32,000 nt of DNA from Pyrolobus fumarii 1A (GCF_000223395.1 NC_015931.1:1080001-1112000); one strand, 5' to 3'; positions 17,161 through 25,380 are shown, counted from the stretch's first letter. Translations and numbers: made by a program. Notes: generated by a model not told the origin, from the letters alone.

Positions 17161-17299
17161 ATTATTCCCGGCTTACGGCCCGTCGAGCACGCCACTATGG
17201 CTCCCCACTTAGCTGTCTCCGGGGGTCAGGGATATTGACACCATTCTTACCTTCGACAAGGGCTTCGAGAGAGTACCATGGCTCAATGTAATTCCCTGA
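17161..17299 (+). pseudogene. PIN-domain C-terminal remnant
   Basis: In-frame piece 17213..17299 reads LSPGVRDIDTILTFDKGFERVPWLNVIP*, the typical PIN C-terminal T-x-D..F motif. Upstream, a different frame reads ...APHLAVSGG. No N-terminal half is present. Confidence 0.45.
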
Positions 17300-17391
17300 G
17301 GCACCGGTTTACGTAGAGTATGTGGAGTACGTGCTAATGCTAATATTCATCTCGGAAGCGAAGAACCACGCTAAGGATGGAGTGACGTGTA

Positions 17392-17439
17392 TGGAGCCCA
17401 CCGGTATTTAAACCCAGGACCTCCGGTTCCAGAAGCCAG
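17392..17439 (-). other. Degenerate tRNA 3'-portion-like fragment (anticodon arm with CTG loop, T-arm, acceptor 3' strand, CCA); no 5' half
   Basis: The minus strand reads CTGGC-TTCTGGA-ACCGG-AGGTC-CTGGG-TTTAAAT-ACCGG-TGGGCTC-CA. The T loop is GTTTAAATA rather than GTTCAAATC, and each stem has one mismatch. The matching 5' acceptor strand (GAGCCCA) is absent nearby. Confidence 0.4.
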
Positions 17440-17631
17440 TGTTCTGCCAGCGTTCTATAAGCTTCTGTTCTACTTGTTTGATAAATAAGTAGGACGGGCG
17501 GGTGACAAGTTACTTTATGTGTGGGTTGTTCGTGCTAAGTCGGGAGCCCAACAATTATAGTGTTTTCTTATCTATTGGCAATACGGTGTGGCTAGAGCTA
17601 ATAGTTCTGGGAGTGTAGTATCTCGGGGGAG

Positions 17632-17916
17632 TTGAGAGTGACTAGAGTTGGCTTAAAGCGCATTGTTATCGAGGTTCCTGAGAACCTACGAGTCCCTCCC
17701 GGCGAGATCGAGGAGAGATTGAAGATAGAACTGGCGTTGAGATTGTATGAGAAGGGCATAGCTTCACTAGGTCAGGCTAGGAGGATAGCAGGGCTATCTA
17801 AATGGAGTTTCTTAGAACTGCTAGCCAAGGAGGGGATACCCATGCGCTACGGCGAAGAAGAGCTAAGAGAAGACTTGGAGGTTGCCAGGAGGCTTGCAAG
17901 GGAATCAGGGAAATAG
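17632..17916 (+). CDS. UPF0175-family antitoxin-like protein, apparently orphan
   Basis: ELALRLYEKGIASLGQARRIAGLSKWSFLELLAKEGIPMRYGEEELREDLE matches the UPF0175 pattern (helix, S-x-G-x-A-A-x-x-A-G, then F.ELL...GIP). No intact PIN/DUF3368 partner follows it. Confidence 0.7.
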   Translation: MRVTRVGLKRIVIEVPENLRVPPGEIEERLKIELALRLYEKGIASLGQARRIAGLSKWSFLELLAKEGIPMRYGEEELREDLEVARRLARESGK

Positions 17917-17961
17917 TGGTGACAGAAAAGAAGAACTGGTTGTTGTTTCAAATCCTAGCTT

Positions 17962-18300
17962 GTACACGTAATACTATTAAGTTCCGAGTTCATACTGTCT
18001 CGCCTAGTTCCTTAATTCTCCTCGATAAACGCATCTATTGAGTAATCATGGGGAGGTTTAGCTTGTTCGTATTCACATTTATAGAGTGCAGACGTTCGTA
18101 ATAATATGGTGATTATGTAAAGCGCGTTGCTGCATCTTAAAAACAATAGCCTTGCTATAAGAACAGTGTACTTATATTTAGTAGATGTCATAGTTACCCA
18201 CACCTGAATAACGAATTACAACTTGTATTGATATTACGTATTACGATTACGACTGCTCCTGGCTTAGGGTAGCTGTCGGAACACGATAACCGGTTCAACG
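17962..18300 (-). pseudogene. Decayed copy (C-terminal half plus 3' flank) of the 23360..23746 TumE/DUF6516-like gene
   Basis: Nucleotide alignment by eye of 17962-18300 with 23348-23665 gives about 70-80% identity. The ORF 18012..18203 product ...KYKYTVL...CEYEQAKPPHDYSIDAFIEEN compares with ...KYSYTLL...HEYEQVKPLHDHSIDAFIEEI. Confidence 0.6.
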
Positions 18301-18315
18301 TGATACAGAGAGTAG

Positions 18316-18329
18316 TTGAGGGAGCACCG
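18316..18329. repeat. Left copy of an imperfect direct repeat (TTGAGGGAGCACCG) flanking the ~0.9-kb PIN cassette
   Basis: Compare 19242-19256 GTGAGGGCCACACCG. Both align to the single site ATAAGGGTTATGTTG (about 23667-23681) in the intact paralogue. Confidence 0.45.
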
Positions 18330-18456
18330 ACCAGCCGCCCAGCGCAAGGATGCGGCTCTCCAAGTTGCGACTAGAGTGGACAGAGAGCGGAGGCCCGCTG
18401 GTGTCAAAGAGTTGGAGAAGAGTCTGGAAGAGGTGAGTGAGAATGTGGAGCTGTAA
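18316..18456 (+). CDS. Possible 46-aa antitoxin ORF translationally coupled to the PIN gene
   Basis: TTG at 18316 and TAA at 18454-18456, overlapping the PIN start (18437) by 20 nt. The product is (M)REHRPAAQRKDAALQVATRVDRERRPAGVKELEKSLEEVSENVEL. It falls below the ORF-track cutoff and has no recognised fold. Confidence 0.3.
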   Translation: MREHRPAAQRKDAALQVATRVDRERRPAGVKELEKSLEEVSENVEL

Positions 18457-18940
18457 GCTTCTACTCGACACGAACATCATAATAGCATTGATTGGGCGCG
18501 ATAAGGGTGTTCGTCAAAGCCTCGCCTCGTTCATCCACTTTATGGTGAAGAGGAAAGGGTGTAGCGTCTGCTACCATGAGGTCTCGCTTCGAGAGATACG
18601 GGTTGTTAGGGGACCCTCGGTCGAGGCGCGTGCAACAACAGTGCTTGCGGAGCTTGGGGTGTCAAGGTGCGGGCCGCCAGAGTCCTCGCTGCGGAGTATG
18701 GCGGGGAGATACGCTAGGAGTGTGAAGAGGCTTGGCTTGAACGACGTTTTGATAGCGCTAGCGGCGAGGGAGAATACGGCGATACTGGTCACTGGTGATT
18801 ACAGCCTGGCGTCCTTCTACGCCTCGATAGCAAGGCCTGTGTGTAGAATCGGACAGCGCGGCCACGAGAAGAGTGTCGCTGTGAAACCCTTCATATACAT
18901 CCCTCTACCCGCGTTAACCGGGGAGTGTGAGTGGAGCTAG
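18437..18940 (+). CDS. vapC: PIN-domain toxin (VapC-like)
   Basis: LLLDTNIIIAL (first Asp), HEVSLREI, LNDVLIALAARENTAILVTGD (C-terminal Asp). About 165 aa, with an extended C-terminal tail. Confidence 0.7.
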   Translation: MRMWSCKLLLDTNIIIALIGRDKGVRQSLASFIHFMVKRKGCSVCYHEVSLREIRVVRGPSVEARATTVLAELGVSRCGPPESSLRSMAGRYARSVKRLGLNDVLIALAARENTAILVTGDYSLASFYASIARPVCRIGQRGHEKSVAVKPFIYIPLPALTGECEWS

Positions 18941-19200
18941 CAGACGCTATATACGAGATAGAGGATTTTGACCGTAGGGTGATGGCACCTCTCTTCCTAC
19001 TGTACCTCAGGCTCAAGCGTAGAGCCGACGGACGGCTGAGGGAGAAGCTCGACAGGCTAATGGACGACGCTATAATGGCTCGCCGCCACCCGTGCAACGT
19101 GCTCCGCGAGATGTGCCACATAGCCCACAGAATCGGGGTAGACGCGAAGATATGCAGAGAGCCACCCGAGCACTGCAAAAGCCGAGAACATGGACTCTAG
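18931..19200 (+). CDS. Hypothetical 89-aa protein overlapping the PIN gene stop
   Basis: ORF track only; helical, charged composition. It lies inside the ~0.9-kb inserted cassette. Confidence 0.3.
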   Translation: MELADAIYEIEDFDRRVMAPLFLLYLRLKRRADGRLREKLDRLMDDAIMARRHPCNVLREMCHIAHRIGVDAKICREPPEHCKSREHGL

Positions 19201-19241
19201 GGCCACCGCACAGATCTTCCTCGCCCTGACATGCACCCACA

Positions 19242-19256
19242 GTGAGGGCCACACCG
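19242..19256. repeat. Right copy of the direct repeat flanking the PIN cassette
   Basis: See 18316-18329. Homology to the intact TumE-like gene resumes immediately to the right (19257-19340 versus about 23682-23760). Confidence 0.45.
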
Positions 19257-19487
19257 GTAAATACTAGCCCTCCGCAGCTTACATGCAACGCAAACCACTC
19301 TATCACAAAAAGCTTCGTCGCCACTGTCCTCTCACTACCCCAGCTTATGCCTCCTCAAAACTCTCCCCTAACCCTGCATAGTTCCTCTATGAGGCCATAC
19401 CATATCATGAAATCGCCGTGTATCTCCGGGTCTAGAGGCCCTGGTAGTAGCCCCCTACCCCGCTTCCCATAGAAGCCGCTACTGATC
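19257..19487 (-). pseudogene. Decayed copy of the N-terminal part of the TumE/DUF6516-like gene plus the C-terminal 45 codons of its 86-aa partner
   Basis: 19375-19487 is about 85-90% identical by eye to 23800-23912. The product ...LLPGPLDPEIHGDFMIWYGLIEELCRV compares with LLPEPLDPEIHGDFMIWYGLIEELYRV. Homology stops abruptly at about 19487. Confidence 0.6.
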
Positions 19488-19673
19488 GAGCCTAGACACT
19501 TTGCCCAGGAGTTCAAGGATGTTGAACGGCGTGTAGTAGGCTTCGAGCACGCCCCTCTCCCATAGCCTCTGAAGCACCTCGGGGGTAGGCTCAACTCCTC
19601 TAACCCGGACGCCGACCATGGGGAGAAGATAGGTTGTGTCAAGGAGAATCCTAAGCTTCTTTGAGGAGCTCAC
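19479..19673 (-). pseudogene. vapC: C-terminally truncated PIN toxin (VapC) of the 19651..19878 antitoxin
   Basis: GTG at 19673 gives VSSSKKLRILLDTTYLLPMVGV...FNILELLGKV, only 64 aa. The distal PIN acidic residues are missing. The truncation point coincides with the end of the duplicated block (~19487). Confidence 0.55.
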
Positions 19674-19878
19674 GCTGCATCTCCTCCGACTCCCTCTCAA
19701 ACTCCTCGAACGTTGTCTCGGCGTACTTGGGGCCGCGGAGAGCGTAGGTGAACGGATCAGGCTCTGGCTCGAGTATTATCCTCGAGCCCTCGACACGCAA
19801 CCTCACATAGCTGCCCTCACGCACCCCAACAGCCTCGGCAAGCGCCTTCGGCAGATATATCGTGTATTTCTTCGACAC
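19651..19878 (-). CDS. vapB: AbrB/SpoVT-type antitoxin (VapB)
   Basis: (V)SKKYTIYLPKALAEAVGVREGSYVRLRVEGSRIILEPE is the swapped-hairpin SpoVT/AbrB signature. The ORF track extends to 19974, but the GTG at 19878 fits the family N-terminus. Confidence 0.75.
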   Translation of the reverse strand: MSKKYTIYLPKALAEAVGVREGSYVRLRVEGSRIILEPEPDPFTYALRGPKYAETTFEEFERESEEMQRELLKEA

Positions 19879-20694
19879 CCTTACCCTAGCCTCGAGGGTC
19901 AAGCCCCACACCCAGAGATGGAAATAGGCACGAGCCTTGAGTTTAGCCCATCGTCTGGGAACACAGCCCCTCAACCCAGGCTCGCAACACCCCTCTCAGC
20001 CTACACCGCGACGACTGGTAACGCTGCAAAGCACATGCTCTAGCCCCGGAGGACGAACAACCCACAAAGCTCTTGTGGAGAGCCTCCCAGGCCACACCAG
20101 CATGTAATAGGTTGTTTTGCCCTTCGCGGCTACCAGCAGAACTGCGGAGAAAAATACGGGGATCGCAGCCATGGACGCTAATGCCCCATCCCTGGGGTCC
20201 CCGCCACCCTGTAGCACCGGGTGTGTTTCACAATCCTCTATGGGTTGATCTGCGCTTTAATGCTCTAGAGAGGGCTCTCGTCAGGCAGGCTTGAGAGGAC
20301 GAAGATGAGCGCTGTGAGGAGAAGCATCACTATCCGGGGCGGAAATCGAGTCCTGTTGAAAGTTTTGAGGTTTGCGGGTGGCGGGGTAAGTTTATGCTCG
20401 CTTTTATGGCGTTTCTCTCTGGGCGTTAAGGAGTGTCTGGAGGAGCCGCTCGTATTTCTGCCCCCTGAGGCTGTTGGTAAGGTCCGTGAGTTTCTACGTA
20501 CTCGGGGGTTCTAGGCGAGATTATATCTGATCTTATGCTGGTTGTGAGCATATGCAAGGTTAAGCTTGGCGAGCGCCACGCCTATGAGGTTTTGGTTAGG
20601 CTTCCCACGTTGAAGGATAAGGGTGGACTTACTATAACAACTCACCGCTTCCTAGTAGATGCTGTGACGGGCGAGGTGCTCGAGGCGGCACCGG

Positions 20695-20890
20695 TTGAAG
20701 CCAGTCGCAGTTCTTGATACTAAAGTCTTGTTCAAGCTTGTTGCATGTACTCTCAGTGTACACTTCTGCGATGAGACTGTAAACCTAGCGTATAGGGTGT
20801 TGTGCGAATGTAAGTACGATTTCATAACTACTGAGGCTGTTGTCGGAACACTTTACTTCGCTAAGCGAGAGATTAGACATTACAAAGTTC
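20695..20890 (+). pseudogene. Possible PIN-domain N-terminal fragment
   Basis: KPVAVLDTKVLFKLV...FITTEAVVGTLYFA resembles the PIN N-terminal Asp and the T-x-E motifs. The rest of the ORF (to 21057) becomes Gly/Arg-rich and non-PIN. The upstream 60-aa ORF 20535..20717 overlaps it in the manner of an antitoxin. Confidence 0.25.
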
Positions 20891-21113
20891 ATACTCCACA
20901 TGCTAAGATTAACGCCCAGGATAGAGTGCCTGGCCGTTGGCTGGTCCCTGAGGGGGCTGCCGGGGGCAGCCAGAGGCCATGTGCCCGTAGCATAGAGGGG
21001 CGTTGGGGGCGTCGTCTAGGGTCGTTGCTCTGGGACTCTGTGATCGCGGGGTCTTGAGCCCAGCCTAGGCTGGGTTCTTTACCCTTCCCATCGTCCCACA
21101 AACATGGGGTGGG

Positions 21114-21374
21114 ATGGTGGAGGTGGTATGCAGGGTGGATGGGAAGGGTAGGATCCTCATACCTAAGGAGGTTAGGGAGAAGCTTGGGATCAGGAGCCTG
21201 GTCAAGCTTAGGGTGGAGAAGGATAGGCTCATACTGATCCCCGTCAACGACCCCCTGGAGGAGCTGACGGCTAACGTCGTGAAAGGGACTAGTGACGTGG
21301 CTCGCGAGATACGCGGTCTTAGGAGGGTTGCCGAGAGGGAGGCGCTTCGAGAGGTGGAGGGCAGGTGGTCATAG
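21114..21374 (+). CDS. vapB: AbrB/SpoVT-type antitoxin (VapB)
   Basis: MVEVVCRVDGKGRILIPKEVREKLGIRSLVKLRVEKDRLILIPV. It overlaps the downstream PIN gene by 10 nt. Confidence 0.8.
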   Translation: MVEVVCRVDGKGRILIPKEVREKLGIRSLVKLRVEKDRLILIPVNDPLEELTANVVKGTSDVAREIRGLRRVAEREALREVEGRWS

Positions 21375-21772
21375 TCGAAACCGACTTTATAGTAGCTGTC
21401 TCGTCCGCGAGCGACGCGCGACACGACGAGGCTGTGAGGATACTGCGGAGGAACGCTGGCAAGCTGAAACTCTCGCCATACACGCTGATAGAGCTCGACC
21501 TGCTAGTCAAATCCGGCAGGCTGATCGTCAACCTCCCAGCCTACTATGAGAGCCTCTCGAAACTCCTAGAGTTCTACGGCATAAGCCTGGTAGAGCCAAA
21601 CCCCGTGCACCTCGCGATAGCCTGGGAGCTTCGAAGGAAATACACCCTCACACACTTCGACTCTCTACATGCAGCAGTAGCCATAGCGGCTGGCGAACCC
21701 CTAGCAAGCTACGACGAGATCTACAGGAGGGTTAAAGAGCTGAAATACATCCACCCATCGAGCCTAGCATAG
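21365..21772 (+). CDS. vapC: PIN-domain toxin (VapC), apparently intact
   Basis: VIVETDFIVAV (Asp1), YTLIELDLL (Glu), HFDSLHAAVAI (distal Asp). 135 aa. Confidence 0.8.
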   Translation: MVIVETDFIVAVSSASDARHDEAVRILRRNAGKLKLSPYTLIELDLLVKSGRLIVNLPAYYESLSKLLEFYGISLVEPNPVHLAIAWELRRKYTLTHFDSLHAAVAIAAGEPLASYDEIYRRVKELKYIHPSSLA

Positions 21773-22570
21773 ACCGGGACGGCGGCTTCCCACCCTAGGC
21801 GACTGTAGGGCGGAAAGGAGGAAACGACATCCAGACCTATACCGTCCCAGCCGAGCGGCTTAAAACATCATGCGCGCCGCGACCCCTCAAGCCTGAAGGA
21901 CGGTTAATGGACGCCACAAACTACACTACAAGATGCGGGCTAACATATCAGTGTACCGTCCTATAAACCCTAGAGGCTCGTGGCTCGGGCGTTGCTAAAC
22001 AAGGCCAGTATAGTTACCTTTATAGCTGCTTTTGTGAAGAGGGAGTAGCCTCTAGACCTCTTACTCTCCAACCGCGACGCAACTCCACGGATTAAATGTC
22101 GAGGCGCAATGTATAGCCGACATTGACACGTGTACAGTCAACATGGCAAAGAGGGTGGTCCAGATGACAAGCGCGTGTCGGCGTCACGCGGAGGACAAGA
22201 TGATTCTTGAGCACCTCCTTCACTTTACATAGAGCCCTAAGCCTCTTGCATCACCCCACATGATACTTGAGGAAAGTCGCGGGGAATACCTAGTTGTACA
22301 TGATGCTCGTTCAAGTCCTTATCACGTTTATGGGCATGCCTGTAGCCTTAAGCTTGTTTATTAGATGGGCGTCAGTACCTTCACCCAACCGAGGATATAC
22401 CCCACATCCTCCGCGATAAGTGGCGTCCACCGTGAGACGAAGACAGTACAGGCCCAGCGTCACGAGGCGGGTCACACTAAGATGGTCATGTGCGCCGTGC
22501 GTGAAGACAATCCGATCCCTGGGACTAGCCGAATATAGTAACACTTGTGGCCCGTCAAATAGAGTAGGCG

Positions 22571-22855
22571 ATGGTAACGACTATTAGGGTTATTATAGCG
22601 GGTGATAGTGGGGCGGTTGTAGTGGACGAGCTGCTCAAGAGAATAGTCGTCGACCCTAAGATCATGGCCGGGAAGCCCGTTATTAGGGGTACAAGGAGCA
22701 CCGTTGACATGATACTTGAGCTGCTAGCCGCTGGCATGAAACCGGAGGAGATGGCTGAGGACTACAACATAAGCCTCGAGGATGTCCGGGCGGCGCTGCT
22801 CTATGCAGCCAGGGTCCTCGGTAGAGAGGAGATAATGATTGAGACGAGAGCTTAG
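22571..22855 (+). CDS. DUF433-family antitoxin-like protein
   Basis: IVVDPKIMAGKPVIRGTRSTVDMILELLAAGMKPEEMAEDYNISLEDVRAALLYA matches the DUF433 consensus (P....G.P.I.GTR..V..I...L..G....EI...Y.L....I.AAL.YA). Confidence 0.8.
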   Translation: MVTTIRVIIAGDSGAVVVDELLKRIVVDPKIMAGKPVIRGTRSTVDMILELLAAGMKPEEMAEDYNISLEDVRAALLYAARVLGREEIMIETRA

Positions 22856-23195
22856 AATCCTCCTTGACGAGGGTATGGGGCTTAAAGTCTACTATGAGCT
22901 GAAGAGGCGGGGGTACCACGTACAATCTATACCAGTGGAGCGTAGATGAGCCCCCTGACAAGGATGTCAACGAGACAGCCGTTAGACATGGCAAGATAAT
23001 AGTGACTATGGATGGGGTTCCGGGTATCTCGCCTCTGCATACAACCCGCCCGGGGTAATCATCCTAAGGTTGAGAGACCCGAGAATACCTAACAAGATTA
23101 AAGCGATTTGAAGCATCAAGCCTCGGAGGCAACTCTATGGCCACATAGTAATAGTGACTGATACACGGATAAGGAGACGACCAATAGCGCCATAG
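22839..23195 (+). pseudogene. DUF5615 (Mut7-C/PIN-like) toxin gene with at least three frameshifts
   Basis: The TTG at 22839 overlaps the DUF433 stop region. Family-like pieces lie in shifting frames, each ending in a stop: RILLDEGMGLKVYYELKRRGYHVQSI | DKDVNETAVRHGKIIVTMD | VIILRLRDPRIPNKIKAI | LYGHIVIVTDTRIRRRPI. Confidence 0.6.
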
Positions 23196-23278
23196 GAGCT
23201 ATAAGACGAGCAAGTTTCCTAGCAGCTCACCGCACAGAAATCTCGATGCTATGATACATCATGATAGTCGGAGATGAA

Positions 23279-23335
23279 GGGAATCCAGCCTTCCCTAACC
23301 AGTGGTCGCGGGTTCGAATCCCGCCAGCGGCTCCA
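23279..23335 (+). tRNA. tRNA 3' fragment: perfect T-arm, acceptor 3' strand, discriminator and encoded CCA; no 5' half in the window
   Basis: GCGGG-TTCGAAT-CCCGC (23308-23324), CAGCGGC (23325-23331), T, CCA (23333-23335). Upstream is a GGGAA-TCCAGCC-TTCCC hairpin (23279-23295) and a 12-nt variable-like segment. The loop lacks U33, so anticodon assignment is unsafe. The complementary 5' acceptor GCCGCTG was not found between 22980 and 23280. Confidence 0.6.
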
Positions 23336-23359
23336 CTTTCCCAACTCGTACACATAATA

Positions 23360-23746
23360 CTATCCGGTTCCAAGCTGGCACTGCTTCACCCAGTTCCTTA
23401 TCTCCTCAATAAACGCATCTATTGAGTGGTCATGGAGAGGTTTTACCTGTTCGTATTCATGCTTGTGGTGTGGGAAGGTCATAATATTGTGATAATGAGG
23501 TGCATTATCGTATCTTAAAACAACCTCATCGTTATAAAGTAGTGTATACGAATACTTAGTTACCCGTCCTTGGATGATGAGTTCCGATACGAAAACCTTG
23601 CATTGACGTTTTACCGCTCTTAACTTATAGTAGCCGTCGAAACCCGATAATCCGGGTTTATACGATATAAGGGTTATGTTGGTAAATCCTAGTTCCCGTA
23701 GCTTGCTTGTGACATAAGCTACTCTATCACTAAGCTTTATCCTCAT
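23360..23746 (-). CDS. TumE/DUF6516-like putative toxin (family assignment from memory of the motif)
   Basis: The 128-aa product has the motif RYDNAPHYHNIMTFPHHKHEYEQV...SIDAFIEEI. It lies 13 nt downstream of its 86-aa partner, and a decayed second copy lies at about 18.0-19.3 kb. Confidence 0.6.
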   Translation of the reverse strand: MRIKLSDRVAYVTSKLRELGFTNITLISYKPGLSGFDGYYKLRAVKRQCKVFVSELIIQGRVTKYSYTLLYNDEVVLRYDNAPHYHNIMTFPHHKHEYEQVKPLHDHSIDAFIEEIRNWVKQCQLGTG

Positions 23747-23759
23747 TGTCTTCTCCTCA

Positions 23760-24020
23760 CTACCTCGGCTTAAGCCTCTTCCTTAGTTCTTCCTCGACTC
23801 TGTATAGTTCCTCTATGAGGCCATACCATATCATGAAATCACCGTGTATCTCCGGGTCTAGAGGCTCTGGTAGTAGCCCTTTACTCCACTTCTCATAGAA
23901 GTCGCTACTGTCCATGCCGTATTTTTCCTCAAACTTCTTAATCTCGTTCAGCAGCCAGCGTCTCCTCGACACAAGCTCCTCCACAAGTTTTAGCATAGAC
24001 TCCAACCCTCTCACCACCAC
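23760..24020 (-). CDS. 86-aa helical partner (putative antitoxin) of the TumE-like gene
   Basis: KLVEELVSRRRWLLNEIKKFEEKYGMDSSDFYEKWSKGLLPEPLDPEIHGDFMIWYGLIEELYRVEEEL. Operon position is upstream of 23360..23746, and a paralogous remnant lies at 19355-19487. Confidence 0.6.
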   Translation of the reverse strand: MVVRGLESMLKLVEELVSRRRWLLNEIKKFEEKYGMDSSDFYEKWSKGLLPEPLDPEIHGDFMIWYGLIEELYRVEEELRKRLKPR

Positions 24021-24032
24021 CCACTTATCTAG

Positions 24033-24368
24033 CTAGATTTTTAATTCGGTTACCCGTGACACGAAAACTCTTTCTGCAGCCTCTACTAGGCGCACCATAC
24101 TATCGCAGACCAGCTTTACCTCGCTGTTCTCGCGATACAACCCTCCCCAGATTCCCAGGGGGTCAATGAGCGCCCGCAAATGGCGCACTTCCAGACCTCC
24201 TCTGACTAGTATCTCATAGAGTTCCAGCTTCTTCAGCGCCTTCTCCAAGCCGCTATCGTGTATGACCTTAACAATGCTAGCGGCTTTAGCCGATATACTC
24301 CTCGCGGGTATGCTCCTCTGCCCTGAGAAGCTTAATGTGTGTCCGTTGCACAATGGTACAAGAATCAA
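24033..24368 (-). CDS. Hypothetical 111-aa protein
   Basis: ORF track only; no motif recognised. It lies 12 nt upstream of 23760..24020 on the same strand. Confidence 0.3.
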   Translation of the reverse strand: MILVPLCNGHTLSFSGQRSIPARSISAKAASIVKVIHDSGLEKALKKLELYEILVRGGLEVRHLRALIDPLGIWGGLYRENSEVKLVCDSMVRLVEAAERVFVSRVTELKI

Positions 24369-24652
24369 CTCCCGGCTATTGGTTTTAACTCCTCAAGCAT
24401 GGTTGCCTACCCTGACGACACGCTCTGCAGGGGTGTTTCAAATCCATATTCTTCCGTAAAACACTTTGTTTATAGTGGTAAACGGGTAGTCACGAGCTCA
24501 GAAATCAGCTGGCAGCTCCACTCTCACCTTAAAACATTAAGCTAGAGGTTAGGCAACGATACTCAGAGTCTCCACTCTATTCCCGCTATGCTTAGAGTAC
24601 GATTATGTAGATCAACAATGAACTCCTACACTCTCACGAGGCACAATCCCTT

Positions 24653-24882
24653 CTAGCAGTCTTCCTCATACGCTTTTATGAACTCCTCACTGATTACCCC
24701 CGTCAACCCGAGAACACCAAGGAGGGCGCCGGGCTTCAGCTCCGAGTGCAGTGGTACAACTGTTACGAACTTCCTGCCTTCAGCCTGCTTTACCAGTACA
24801 ACGCGGCTCTTCCACGTCGCCCTCCCACAGTGAACCCGAGCCCCAACCCAGCATCTCGATTACCTCACGTCCCGGCAGCCAT
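24653..24882 (-). pseudogene. hicA: hicA-like toxin gene with at least two frameshifts
   Basis: Pieces in three frames: LPGREVIEMLGWG | GFTVGGRRG | SRVVLVKQAEGRKFVTVVPLHSELKPGALLGVLGLTGVISEEFIKAYEED*. They reconstruct the HicA consensus (GFE..RQ.GSH......G...T.VP.H.ELK.GTL..IL.Q.G). Confidence 0.55.
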
Positions 24883-25100
24883 GTGGGTCCCCACCTCAAC
24901 TTCTAGTACACCCACGATGTCTCTACTAATCTGCCCCAGCCTTCCCAGAGCCTCGGTAACCTCCCCCAGGTACAACTCTAACGCCTCCCGGAGATTCCCG
25001 AGAGCCTCCTCAATGGTCCTACCCTGACTCGCAACCCCGTAACAACCTCCTTAGCCACATACATGTCCTCTTCACGCAAGACAACAAACCTCACACGCAC
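24865..25100 (-). pseudogene. hicB: hicB-like antitoxin gene with a frameshift in a G run
   Basis: GTG at 25100 gives VRVRFVVLREEDMYVAKEVVTG in one frame. After the GGGG run at about 25035-25038 the sequence continues in another frame as VASQGRTIEEALGNLREALELYLGEV... Confidence 0.55.
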
Positions 25101-25380
25101 GTCACATCCGCTCCACAGTATCCAGGTTGTTAAGGGTATTTAACCCACGGAGAACAACCTCTAGCTGCGTAAAGAACCACCCTTCGAACAACGCTTTGTA
25201 TCGTATAGATGTTACAATCTCCCGTCAACTACAGAAACACCCGCATATAAACGATGAACCCGGCGAGCCAGACAAGCATGGCAAGAAGACCTATGCCCGC
25301 CACACTCAACGCCTTGCCAGCACCTGTAGCACTCTCACAACGGGCCCGCCAGATTCGTAGACCCGAGCCCCAATAGCAGA

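Noticed and set aside
17917-17960. Truncated DUF3368/PIN partner immediately after the UPF0175 gene, and a T-arm-like string GGTTGTTGTTTCAAATCCTAGC
   Set aside because: The translated sequence (VVTEKKNWLLFQILA) does not resemble the DUF3368 N-terminus. The T-arm similarity is only about 60% with a required 20-nt gap, so it is mentioned only as a weak hint in the duplication finding.
20040-20520. ORFs 19996..20217(-), 20073..20294(+) and 20305..20514(+)
   Set aside because: They are mutually overlapping or lack motifs, with biased composition. There is no evidence beyond being open.
22311-22544. ORF with IVFTHGAHDHL, reminiscent of a metallo-hydrolase motif
   Set aside because: It is only 77 aa, the motif does not match H-x-H-x-D-H exactly, and there is no flanking homology. 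It is probably a chance ORF or an unrecognisable fragment.
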